From contig CAIVRE010000010.1 in NCBI GenBank assembly GCA_903908245.1, forward strand, positions 4,227-68,226: a stretch of 64,000 nt of DNA, in the 5' to 3' direction. A program made the position numbers and the translations under genes. The DNA is from Candidatus Omnitrophota bacterium. GTDB taxonomy: Bacteria > Omnitrophota > Gorgyraeia > Zapsychrales > Fredricksoniimonadaceae. Under the pieces are notes generated by a model. It was not told the DNA's origin, did not search any database, and saw nothing but the letters and a program-made list of their open reading frames with translations. Positions 43,150 to 52,146 of the stretch are shown piece after piece; positions within the stretch are counted from its first letter, which is position 1; each line of letters opens with the position of its first letter.

Positions 43150-44325
43150 TCAACGAGACGCGGGGACTTCGCTTCCAAAGACCTCATCATCCGTCAGGTA
43201 ACACGCCGGATCTTCGGCCCACACATCACCGGTAGCGGCCCAGGCACGCACACGCAGGTTGCCATTACAAATATCCAGGAACTTGCATGCCGGGCATCTG
43301 CCCTTCAAAAAAGACCGGCGGTCTTTGAGCTTCCCCATCAATTCATGGGATGTGTCCATCCAGATATCACCGAACTTGCGCTGACGCACATTCCCGAAAG
43401 ACACATTCTGCCAGAACTGGTCGCCATGCACATTCCCCTCGTTATCAATATTCGAAATGCCAACTCCCGACGCATTCCCGCCATTCGCCAAAAGCAGCTG
43501 ATAGATCGCGTCCGCCCCGGCCGGAGACTCCTCCTTCACTTTCAGATACAAATAAGCGCCGTCCGCGTGATTGTCAACGGTCAGGACCTCTTTATTGATC
43601 CCTCTTTTCTTGAGCGATACGACCCAGTTATAAATATCATCAATGGCACGGCGGGTATCCTTATGCACAAGGTCATTGGACTTCAAATCTGAGCCACGCC
43701 CGGAATAGGCCAAATGATAAAAACAGATGCGATCCACCTCTTCTTTCTCCACGAGATCAAAAAGCCTGGTCATATCGCTGTAGTTCTCGCCCGTGATCGT
43801 AAAACGCAGGCCTGCCTTCTGCCCCACCGCCACCAGATCCCTGATGCCGGCGAGCGCCGCGTCAAAAGCCCCGATCTTGCCGCGAAAACGGTCATTGTTC
43901 ATTCCGATCCCATCGAGGCTGACCCCGATATACTCAAACCCCGTGTCCTTGATCTTGCGCGCTACTTCCGGCGTGATCAAGGTGCCGTTGGTCGAAATCA
44001 CCGTCCGAAGGCCAAGTCCCCTGGCATAAGCATTGAGTTCAAACAGGTCCTTGCGCATCAACGGCTCGCCGCCCGAGAACAACAGGACCGGCACATTGAA
44101 TTCCTTGAGGTCACGGATCATGCCCTTGGCCTCGTCCGTCGTCAATTCATTATCGTAGGACTTCTCGCAGGAATCCGAATAACAATGCACACAATTGAGA
44201 TTGCAACGGCGGGAACAATTCCAGACAGCGATCGGCCGACGCCTGGAACGATCCGTATTGCGGCGATACCGAAGATTATCGCCGTAAGAAGTAATATCAT
44301 TTAAAAGGCCGGAAAAACTGATCAT
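43150..44325 (-). CDS. ahbC: Radical SAM Fe-coproporphyrin III synthase AhbC (NirJ1-like)
   Basis: CNLNCVHC, YHLAYSGRG, LTVDNHADG, CNGNLRVRA. Confidence 0.9.
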   Translation of the reverse strand: MISFSGLLNDITSYGDNLRYRRNTDRSRRRPIAVWNCSRRCNLNCVHCYSDSCEKSYDNELTTDEAKGMIRDLKEFNVPVLLFSGGEPLMRKDLFELNAYARGLGLRTVISTNGTLITPEVARKIKDTGFEYIGVSLDGIGMNNDRFRGKIGAFDAALAGIRDLVAVGQKAGLRFTITGENYSDMTRLFDLVEKEEVDRICFYHLAYSGRGSDLKSNDLVHKDTRRAIDDIYNWVVSLKKRGINKEVLTVDNHADGAYLYLKVKEESPAGADAIYQLLLANGGNASGVGISNIDNEGNVHGDQFWQNVSFGNVRQRKFGDIWMDTSHELMGKLKDRRSFLKGRCPACKFLDICNGNLRVRAWAATGDVWAEDPACYLTDDEVFGSEVPASR

Positions 44326-45854
44326 TTCTTTGCTTCCTTATAGTATTCAATGAGCGCATTCGCGAGCCCTTCAACAGTGAACTCGCGGCTTTCAACGGTT
44401 ACCGGCAAACCGGCTTTCCTTGCCGTCGCGGCGCTGATGGGGCCGATCAGGGCAATGGTCACACCCTTGGTCTTTTCTTCAAGGCCTTTGCGCCCGAAAA
44501 CATCAACAAAACTGTCAACACAGGAAGAGCTCGTCAACATGACCGCGTCGATCTCCTTTTTCGCAAACATTGTCTTGATACGCGAATGATTTTCGATCAC
44601 TGGCACTGCCTTATACAGGCCAATGGTGTCAAGATTGAGCCCTGCAGAAACAAGCTGCTGCTCCAGGACGGGACGACTACCCTCGGCATTGACCAGAAGA
44701 AGCAAAGAATCCCTTGGCACTGTCTTGATCAATTCATCCGCCAGGGATTCCTGAACAAAATCTTTCGGGATCAAGGCCACCGGAATACCGGCTTTCTCGA
44801 GACCATCCGCCGTCTTACGGCCGATCGCAGCGAATTTCAGGTCATTTATAGTGCTTAGCTTGATCTTATTACGACGAAGGGTACTTAAGAACAGCTCAAC
44901 CCCGTTTACGCTGGTAAAAACAATCCAGTCATACACATTCAAACTCTTTAAAGTGGCCTTGATCTCAGCGCTATCACTGACTGGGACGATCTTGATCAAA
45001 GGAACAGCCGTCACCTCAGCCCCTTGCTGCTTGAGAAGCCCGATGATCTCAGCCGCCTGATGCTCGGGGCGCGTCACCAGAATGCGTTTCCCCTGCAAGG
45101 GCAACTCAACCTTGAACCAATCCAGTTTCTTCCTTAAATTGACCACATCACCGATCACGATGATCCCCGGCGGCTTGATCCCGTCCAGCTTGACCCGGGC
45201 AACGATATTCGAAAGCCTGCCCGTGACAACCCGCTGATCCTTGCGCGTCCCGTTACTGATAACAGCAACGGGTGTTGATAGCCTGGTCTTGTCTTTAATG
45301 ATCTGCGTCACGATCTTCTCTAGATTTGCCATGCCCATCAGGATGACCAGCGTCGAATTCTTGTCGAGCAGTTTATCCCAAACGATCGTCTCTTTGCCTT
45401 TATCGGGCGTCTCGTGGCCTGTCACAATATTCAAACGTGATGAAATATTCCGGCAAGTAACGGGGATCCCGGCGTAAGCCGGCACAGAATAGGATGAGCT
45501 GACGCCGGGAACGATCTCGAACGGAATACCTGCCTGGGCAAGCTCCAGCGCCTCCTCAGCCCCACGGCCGAAAAGAAGAGGATCTCCGCCTTTAAGGCGC
45601 ACCACTGTCTTGCCCTGGCGTGCTTTTAACAGAAGCCGCCGGTTGATCTCTTTCTGCTGAAGGATATGATTACCGGAAAACTTGCCCGCAAAGATCATCT
45701 CGGCCTCTTTCCCGGCAAAGCCAAGGATCTCGGGATTCACCAGCTGGTCGTACACAACGACATCGGCGGCCAAAAGGCACTGCGCCGCTTTAAGCGTTAC
45801 CAGCCCGATATCACCCGGACCCGCGCCAACCAGGTAAACCATCCCAGTCTTCAT
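44322..45854 (-). CDS. cobA: Fused uroporphyrinogen-III methyltransferase / synthase (CobA-HemD)
   Basis: VGAGPGD, RLKGGDP; C-terminal FTSVNGV, IGRKTA; ATGA overlap with hemC. Confidence 0.93.
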   Translation of the reverse strand: MKTGMVYLVGAGPGDIGLVTLKAAQCLLAADVVVYDQLVNPEILGFAGKEAEMIFAGKFSGNHILQQKEINRRLLLKARQGKTVVRLKGGDPLLFGRGAEEALELAQAGIPFEIVPGVSSSYSVPAYAGIPVTCRNISSRLNIVTGHETPDKGKETIVWDKLLDKNSTLVILMGMANLEKIVTQIIKDKTRLSTPVAVISNGTRKDQRVVTGRLSNIVARVKLDGIKPPGIIVIGDVVNLRKKLDWFKVELPLQGKRILVTRPEHQAAEIIGLLKQQGAEVTAVPLIKIVPVSDSAEIKATLKSLNVYDWIVFTSVNGVELFLSTLRRNKIKLSTINDLKFAAIGRKTADGLEKAGIPVALIPKDFVQESLADELIKTVPRDSLLLLVNAEGSRPVLEQQLVSAGLNLDTIGLYKAVPVIENHSRIKTMFAKKEIDAVMLTSSSCVDSFVDVFGRKGLEEKTKGVTIALIGPISAATARKAGLPVTVESREFTVEGLANALIEYYKEAKK

Positions 45855-46768
45855 TTCTGCAACCTCAGGGCTCGATAAAGCCATTCACCTTCATTTTTCA
45901 AAAGCTCTCGTGCAAGCATCCTGCCGATATCATCGCCCTTATCAGGATCGCCGGAAACAGTGCGCCGCACGGTCTTGGCACCGTCAGGACTGACCACCTG
46001 GACCTTCAACGTAAGAACACCCGACGCCACCGAGGCCAAAGCACCGACCGGCAGGCTGCACCCGCCGCCTAACCCCCTCAAGAACGCCCTCTCCGCGGCA
46101 ATAGACGCCCTTGTTGGCCCGTGATCAATACGGCGGACCAGATCTCTTAACCTTTGATCTCCCCGACGGATCTCGATCGCCAGAGCCCCCTGACATGGAG
46201 CGGGGAGCATAATATCCAACGGCATGAGTTCCGTGATCAGGCTTTGAAGGCCCAATCTGTTAACGCCAGCGGCCGCAATAATAATGGCGTCCACTTCCCC
46301 GTCCCGAAGTTTACGGATACGCGTATCCACATTCCCGCGAAGATCCGCGACCACCAGATCTTTTCTGGCCAGTAAAACTTGCGCCCGACGGCGGATACTG
46401 CTGGTGCCAATGCGCGCTCCTGACTTTAGATCACTGAATTCAATATGCTCACGGGAAAGAAGAGCGTCCTGCGGGTTCAGCCGTTCGCAAACAGCGCCAA
46501 GTTCAAGCCCGGAAGTAATATCACAGGGCATATCCTTCAAACTGTGTACCGCAAGGTCGATCTCGCCTTTCAGGAGCGCATCTTCCAGCTCTTTAACAAA
46601 GATCCCCTGATGATCCGGCAATGCGGAGCAGTCCGGCACCCGGTCACCGGCAGTTGAAATGGTCTTGACCTGAAATTCCTGCCCCGGACAAAAAAATTTT
46701 AACACGTCGATCGCCTGGCCGGTCTGCGTTACTGCCAGCTGGCTCTTTCTGGTCCCGACAACGATCAC
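45851..46768 (-). CDS. hemC: Hydroxymethylbilane synthase
   Basis: GTRKSQLA, HSLKD, RGNVDTR, LGGGCSLP. Confidence 0.97.
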   Translation of the reverse strand: MIVVGTRKSQLAVTQTGQAIDVLKFFCPGQEFQVKTISTAGDRVPDCSALPDHQGIFVKELEDALLKGEIDLAVHSLKDMPCDITSGLELGAVCERLNPQDALLSREHIEFSDLKSGARIGTSSIRRRAQVLLARKDLVVADLRGNVDTRIRKLRDGEVDAIIIAAAGVNRLGLQSLITELMPLDIMLPAPCQGALAIEIRRGDQRLRDLVRRIDHGPTRASIAAERAFLRGLGGGCSLPVGALASVASGVLTLKVQVVSPDGAKTVRRTVSGDPDKGDDIGRMLARELLKNEGEWLYRALRLQK

Positions 46769-47418
46769 TTGCTCTCCTGTCCTTTTTTAAGGATATTATG
46801 CAAAGTCTGCCTGGCCTCGCGCACCTTGCCCTGTTCAAGCAATGACAACATGGGCGAATTGATCATCTCAAGATACATGACTTTACGCTTGGAGATTGTG
46901 TCGCAACAGGCTTTTACTTCCTTACGGGACGTCCCCATCATTTTTATGAACGATCCAAGCGCCGGCGTCGCGCATTTTGCACACTTGGCCCTCATCTTTT
47001 GAGCGAACATCGGGCTGTGACCGCTCGTTGAGATCCCCATCACCAAAGGGCCACGCCGGATAACAGCAGGGACAATGAAATTACACAAAGACGGGGCATC
47101 AACGACATTGACAAGCATTCCCCTGTCCCCGGCATGACGGGCGATCAGGGTATTAACGCTCTCATCATCAGTCGCGGCAATAACAAGAAAAACGCCTTTC
47201 AAATGCTTTTCCTGATACTTCTGCTTAATATAACAGGCCTTCCCACTTTTAATAAGTACCCCCATCTTCTTCTTGATCTCAGGGCTTACAACAATCACGG
47301 CCGCCCCGCATTCCAACAGCGAGCGGGCCTTGTGTTCGGCGACATCTCCCCCGCCGACGACAAGGCATTTACGCCCCTGAAGATCAAGATTGATAGGGAA
47401 AAAGTTCTTTAAGCGCAT
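46765..47418 (-). CDS. Precorrin-2 dehydrogenase / sirohydrochlorin ferrochelatase (SirC/Met8/CysG-N)
   Basis: VVGGGDVAEHK, NVVD..LCNF, STSGHSP. Confidence 0.9.
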   Translation of the reverse strand: MRLKNFFPINLDLQGRKCLVVGGGDVAEHKARSLLECGAAVIVVSPEIKKKMGVLIKSGKACYIKQKYQEKHLKGVFLVIAATDDESVNTLIARHAGDRGMLVNVVDAPSLCNFIVPAVIRRGPLVMGISTSGHSPMFAQKMRAKCAKCATPALGSFIKMMGTSRKEVKACCDTISKRKVMYLEMINSPMLSLLEQGKVREARQTLHNILKKGQESK

Positions 47419-47428
47419 CGAAACACTT

Positions 47429-48979
47429 TCACATCTTTCTTTTGAAAAAAACAAACCCTAAAAAACACGCTTCAAAGACCAGAAAACAGACGATCCACTG
47501 CAGCCCGCCGGAACCGGGGCCATAACTGTGCATCCCGCGGCCAAGAACGAAATTCATCCCGTACCAGCTCATCACGACCAGCAGGAACCCCAGGATAGCA
47601 CCGGCAGCCAACGCAAAATTGTTCAGTTTTTTACTATAACGTAAATGCAGGACCGTCATATACCCGAGGAATGTGATGACCGCCCATGTTTCCTTCGGGT
47701 TCAAACCCCAAAAACGGCCACAGGCTTCATTGGCCAAAACACCGCCGAGGATCGTTCCAGCGACCAGCGCGATCTGCCCTGCCTGCAGCAAACGATCGAT
47801 CGTATGCGCCGAGAGCTGATCTTCCTGCGGAGTCATTTTCCCCCGCACCGATAAAAACAAATGCCGGTGGGCAACCGCCATCGCGAACGCGAACAAGCTG
47901 TAACTGGAAATGATCATGATCTCCTGCACCATTAACCAGTAACTGCTGCGCAGGACCGGCGACAGGATATCCAGCGACTGGTCCATCGGAAGGAGCCTAG
48001 CATAAAGCATGCCCAATGCACTCACGAACGCCCCGCTGGAGAGCAACGATTGCCGGTTCTTGATCACCACAAATATCCCCACCATAAGCATCAGGACCCA
48101 ATCCATAAAGATGATGGTCTCATACATGTTCGCCACCGGAGGCCGTTCCAGGATAAGCCAGCGCAAAAGGATCCCGTTCGTATGCGCCGTGAAACCGGCC
48201 ATGACCAGGAACATACCCAAACCTTGAGCAAAAGGTTTGGCCAACAGCAAAGATACAAAACCCAGGAAATAAAAGATCCCCGTGTAATAAAAAGGCTGGA
48301 ACATATAATACGCCGTCTCCATCCTTAACTTCACACTCATCCCTTTCGCCAACAAAGGCTCCACCTCCTTCTGCCACTGCGCGACAGACTGATCGAGCGT
48401 GGGCAATTTAGCCGCACAATCTGTGGCCAGCTTTTTAAATTCAACCGACTTTAGGCCGGAAACTTTATACGGAGATAGCCATGCTCCCTCTGTTACCGGA
48501 ATGACCGTGATCAATTCCCCTGTACCCAAGTGCTGCACCGTTGTAACCCGCTGATATACCACCTCTGCCTGCTGCTCAAGTACCGACAGGCGCTCATCTT
48601 TTTCCCGCTTTTGGGCGGCCGCCTGAACCAGCACCTCCAACGTATGGAACGCCGGCTTTATCTGCTGATAGGAAAAGTTGTTCACTTCCGGACGAAGCTG
48701 CAATAACTGCTTCAGGCCGGGATGATCGACCAGGATCAAAGGCAGGTCCAGAAAGATATGCGGATGCTCCAGATCGGCAAGAAAGAAAACCGAAGCATCC
48801 TGGCGATGCCAGTTACTCTTACCGCTCACAAATTGAAGTGTTTCCTGGGCAAAAGCCGAGAACGGCTTGATACGCCCGTGGTGCTGGATCGGTATCCCGC
48901 CGATATTTCCAGCCGCATTCGCACCGTCACAAAGGAACATCGCCGAAACAAACCACAATACAATAAGAGATCTTTTCAT
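47429..48979 (-). CDS. ccsA: CcsA/ResC-like heme-handling membrane protein with degenerate WWD domain
   Basis: GRIKP periplasmic domain, RPPVANMYE, GRFWGLNPKETW, LHLR, GMHSYG. Confidence 0.85.
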   Translation of the reverse strand: MKRSLIVLWFVSAMFLCDGANAAGNIGGIPIQHHGRIKPFSAFAQETLQFVSGKSNWHRQDASVFFLADLEHPHIFLDLPLILVDHPGLKQLLQLRPEVNNFSYQQIKPAFHTLEVLVQAAAQKREKDERLSVLEQQAEVVYQRVTTVQHLGTGELITVIPVTEGAWLSPYKVSGLKSVEFKKLATDCAAKLPTLDQSVAQWQKEVEPLLAKGMSVKLRMETAYYMFQPFYYTGIFYFLGFVSLLLAKPFAQGLGMFLVMAGFTAHTNGILLRWLILERPPVANMYETIIFMDWVLMLMVGIFVVIKNRQSLLSSGAFVSALGMLYARLLPMDQSLDILSPVLRSSYWLMVQEIMIISSYSLFAFAMAVAHRHLFLSVRGKMTPQEDQLSAHTIDRLLQAGQIALVAGTILGGVLANEACGRFWGLNPKETWAVITFLGYMTVLHLRYSKKLNNFALAAGAILGFLLVVMSWYGMNFVLGRGMHSYGPGSGGLQWIVCFLVFEACFLGFVFFKRKM

Positions 48980-49068
48980 TGATCGTCTTCCTTTTTTGTC
49001 CAATAAAACAAGAGCAGAGCGCCAAGACAGCCAAGGATCGACCCTTTGCCTGACGTCCGATCATTCAT
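48976..49068 (-). pseudogene. 30-aa single-TM ORF, probable CcsB/ResB remnant (or functional mini-protein)
   Basis: Manual translation MNDRTSGKGSILGCLGALLLFYWTKKEDDQ*; start overlaps the hemA stop region and its TGA overlaps the ccsA ATG. Confidence 0.55.
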
Positions 49069-50143
49069 ATACGAAGAGAGATCCCACCTCTTGGGAAACC
49101 CCGGGCTCATTCATCAATTCAAATGCGGCCGCTTTATCCAAAGCTTTATACAATTCCCTGATCTTGGAACAAATGATCTTCTCCGCCTGATCAACCGCCG
49201 CCACACGCTTGGCCTTTGTATCCAGGACTGTTTGCGATAAACCGTCAACAGACAACAACGTGACTCCGGGGATCACAGAAACATGAGGATCGATATTGCG
49301 AGGGACCGCGATATCAATAACCGCGAATTCCCTGTCCGGACGAGCATACATAACCTGCTGCATAAGCTCTTTATCCACCAGATAATGCGGAGCTCCAGTC
49401 GAGCAGATACACACGTCCGATCTTTCCAGGGCCTCTTTGATCTGCCAGAACATCACCGCCTGCGCGCCGCACTGCTCGGCCAATGCGAGCGCCTTATCAT
49501 GCGTACGGTTCATAATATAGATCTTTTCAACACCTTTATTCCTCAATTCCTGTACCGCCAGAAACCCCATTTTCCCGGAACCCATGACCAGGACGGTCTT
49601 ACCCTGCAGAGTCCCAAGGATGTTTTGAGCTTCGGTCACTGCCGCCCAGGAAATGGACGACCCGCCATAATCGATCAACGTATCCCGGCGGACCTTTTTC
49701 CCGGTTTCAATAGCCATGTTGGTCAAAATATTAAAAGTGCGGTTCATCATCTGTTCCTGCTGAGACCACGCCACCGCGCATTTCACCTGGCCAAGGATCT
49801 GTTTCTCACCAAGGATCATGGAATCAAGCCCGGTCACGACACGAAAAAGATGTTCAACGACCCCTCTTTCATAACGAATATAAAAATATTTATCGAGCCC
49901 GGCAGATAATGAAAGGCCTTTGACCGCAAAGAATCTGTCCAGGATAATGGAAGGATCCGCTTCCAAAAGATCAGCATAGATCTCGGTGCGGTTACATGTT
50001 GAAATAACAATAGCGGCCAGAACCCTTGGATCGTTCTTAAACTCAGCGAGCAGGAGATCTTTCTCGGTGGCTTGGACAAAAAAATTCTCCCGAACTTCCA
50101 ACGGGCAGGTCTTGTGGTTTACGCCAACCAAAACAAAAGGCAT
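49061..50143 (-). CDS. hemA: Glutamyl-tRNA reductase
   Basis: GVNHK, STCNRTE, GLDSMILGE.QILGQ, DIAVPRNI. Confidence 0.95.
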   Translation of the reverse strand: MPFVLVGVNHKTCPLEVRENFFVQATEKDLLLAEFKNDPRVLAAIVISTCNRTEIYADLLEADPSIILDRFFAVKGLSLSAGLDKYFYIRYERGVVEHLFRVVTGLDSMILGEKQILGQVKCAVAWSQQEQMMNRTFNILTNMAIETGKKVRRDTLIDYGGSSISWAAVTEAQNILGTLQGKTVLVMGSGKMGFLAVQELRNKGVEKIYIMNRTHDKALALAEQCGAQAVMFWQIKEALERSDVCICSTGAPHYLVDKELMQQVMYARPDREFAVIDIAVPRNIDPHVSVIPGVTLLSVDGLSQTVLDTKAKRVAAVDQAEKIICSKIRELYKALDKAAAFELMNEPGVSQEVGSLFVYE

Positions 50144-50172
50144 TGAAGCCTCCCCTGAGATATTATATTACA

Positions 50173-50898
50173 TCACAACCCGCTTGGCCGGCATTGCGGA
50201 GCACTGAACTTCACAACCCAGATGCTAAGCTCATATAAAACAAGCATAGGCATGGCGATCAGGCACATATTAAATGCATCCGGCGTTGGTGTCACGATCG
50301 CCGCGGCGATAAAGATCGCAAGAACAGCGTATTTCCAGTTCTTCCGCAAAAACCTGTGATCCAATACGCCTATTCTGGCAAGCAAAAAACTCAGGACCGG
50401 CATTTCAAAGACCAGCCCGCAACCAAACAGCAAGCCCGTTACAAATGACACATATTCCGAAACCGAGATCATCGGTTCCAGAACCCCTTGCGCAAACCCG
50501 ATCAGAAATTTAATGGCTGCAGGCAAAAGACAAAAATAACCAAACGCGATCCCCGAAAAGAAAGCAGCCACCGTAAACGTCAGAAAAAGAACTCCTTCCT
50601 TTTTTGCCCTCTCCCCGAGCCCCGGAGCAATAAAAGCCCAGAACTGATACAAGATCACCGGTGAACTGACCGCGATGGCCATGAAAAAAGAGATCTTTAA
50701 ATACACCAGAAAAGCTTCCGTCGGACTAAAGAAAACAAGCTTGTCGATAAGACCGGCCGCCGGAAACTTTAAAAATACAAGGATCTCCGGTACACGCGTG
50801 AACGCGAATAACGCAACAAGGATAACCACCGCCAGGGACAGAAGGATCCGACGGCGCAATTCTGCAAGATGCCCGACCAGTGTCAGCTCTTTATCCAT
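50173..50898 (-). CDS. tatC: Tat translocase TatC
   Basis: HLAELRRR, SPTEAF, FIAPGL, FEMP, TPTPD. Confidence 0.96.
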   Translation of the reverse strand: MDKELTLVGHLAELRRRILLSLAVVILVALFAFTRVPEILVFLKFPAAGLIDKLVFFSPTEAFLVYLKISFFMAIAVSSPVILYQFWAFIAPGLGERAKKEGVLFLTFTVAAFFSGIAFGYFCLLPAAIKFLIGFAQGVLEPMISVSEYVSFVTGLLFGCGLVFEMPVLSFLLARIGVLDHRFLRKNWKYAVLAIFIAAAIVTPTPDAFNMCLIAMPMLVLYELSIWVVKFSAPQCRPSGL

Positions 50899-50901
50899 CC
50901 T

Positions 50902-51075
50902 CTATTTCTTCTCGACCTTGTCGATATCATCCGTCCGATCTTCTTTCATGCCCTTTTTAAACTCGCTAATGGTCTTGCCCATGGCCCTCCCCAATCCGGG
51001 GAGCTTTTCAGCACCAAAGATTAAGAGCCCGACCAACAGGATAACAACCAGCTCAGGTAACCCTATTCCGAACAT
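50902..51075 (-). CDS. tatA: Tat translocase TatA (57 aa, below ORF-track cutoff)
   Basis: MFGIGLPELVVILLVGLLIFGAEKLPGLGRAMGKTISEFKKG...; AGGAGG RBS. Confidence 0.93.
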   Translation of the reverse strand: MFGIGLPELVVILLVGLLIFGAEKLPGLGRAMGKTISEFKKGMKEDRTDDIDKVEKK

Positions 51076-51139
51076 AATGTTCCTCCTTAAGTGTTTTTCC
51101 CTGAAGAATCCCCAACTCCCGAAAACTACAACAACCAGA

Positions 51140-52144
51140 TCAATAATTCAAGTCGGAATGCTCAACACGTTTACGCAGGATCCAGTAGGTCCAGCCCTGA
51201 TACAACAATGTGGTCGGAATAAAAAATAAGGCCACGATGCTCATCACCTTCAATGCATACGGCGATGAACTGGAATTATATATCGTTAAGGTCCATCGCG
51301 GATCCAGTGTTGAGATCAATACCCTGGGATACAAGTGCGTAAAGACCAGCCCGCCGACCAGAATGATCGTGGCCCCACTGGTCCAGAACGCCGCCAAAGA
51401 GGCCTTGCGCAGCAAGGACACTCCACACAAAGCCAATGCCACAACCGCCAGCCCGGCGAAGGTCATTTCAACTGCCGTGTGCATCATCCCCAACTTCAGG
51501 GATCCGAACAGAAGAAGCCCGGCGGCCATGATCAACGCGATAAAAAATACCACAGGCAATACCCTCTCCACTCTTTTAAGCACATCACCCGAAACCTTGA
51601 TATTCAAATAAACCGCACCATGCAAAAGGAACAACACCACAACAGCCAGCGCCGTCACCAGGCTAAACGGCGTAAACACGTCCTTCATCCCTCCGATAAA
51701 TACCATCTGATCATTGATCGGGACCCCTTGTAAAAGATCCCCCACCACAACTCCCCAAAAGAACGCGGCTGTAAAACTCCCCAAACAGATCATCCAGTCC
51801 CAGGTGGAGCGCCAGAACCGGTCCTCTCGCAAATTACGGAACTTGAGACCGATCCCGCGCAAAATAAGCCCACACAAAATAAGCGTAAAGATCATATAAA
51901 GACTGCTGAAAAGCGTGGCATACCAGGCGGGAAAAGACGCAAAAAGCACCGCACCGGCCGAGACCATCCAAACCTCGTTGCCATCCCATACCCCGCCGAT
52001 CGAACTTAAGATCATCCGGCGATGTTCATCTTCCCTGGATAAAAAAGGCAGCAGCATCCCGACGCCATAATCAAAGCCCTCAAGGAACAGGAATCCGGCA
52101 AAAAGATACGCAACAATTACAAACCAGAGCGTTGGAAGATCCAT
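51140..52144 (-). CDS. cydB: Cytochrome bd oxidase subunit II
   Basis: LEGFDYGVG, WDGNEVW, FPAWYA; start placed at MDLPTLW. Confidence 0.95.
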   Translation of the reverse strand: MDLPTLWFVIVAYLFAGFLFLEGFDYGVGMLLPFLSREDEHRRMILSSIGGVWDGNEVWMVSAGAVLFASFPAWYATLFSSLYMIFTLILCGLILRGIGLKFRNLREDRFWRSTWDWMICLGSFTAAFFWGVVVGDLLQGVPINDQMVFIGGMKDVFTPFSLVTALAVVVLFLLHGAVYLNIKVSGDVLKRVERVLPVVFFIALIMAAGLLLFGSLKLGMMHTAVEMTFAGLAVVALALCGVSLLRKASLAAFWTSGATIILVGGLVFTHLYPRVLISTLDPRWTLTIYNSSSSPYALKVMSIVALFFIPTTLLYQGWTYWILRKRVEHSDLNY

Positions 52145-52146
52145 TC

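Noticed and set aside
51076-51146. Hydrophobic frame IIDLVVVVFGSWGFFREKH in frame with tatA (possible cydX/cydS or gene remnant)
   Set aside because: No credible start codon or RBS, and tatA has its own strong RBS; too short to assign.
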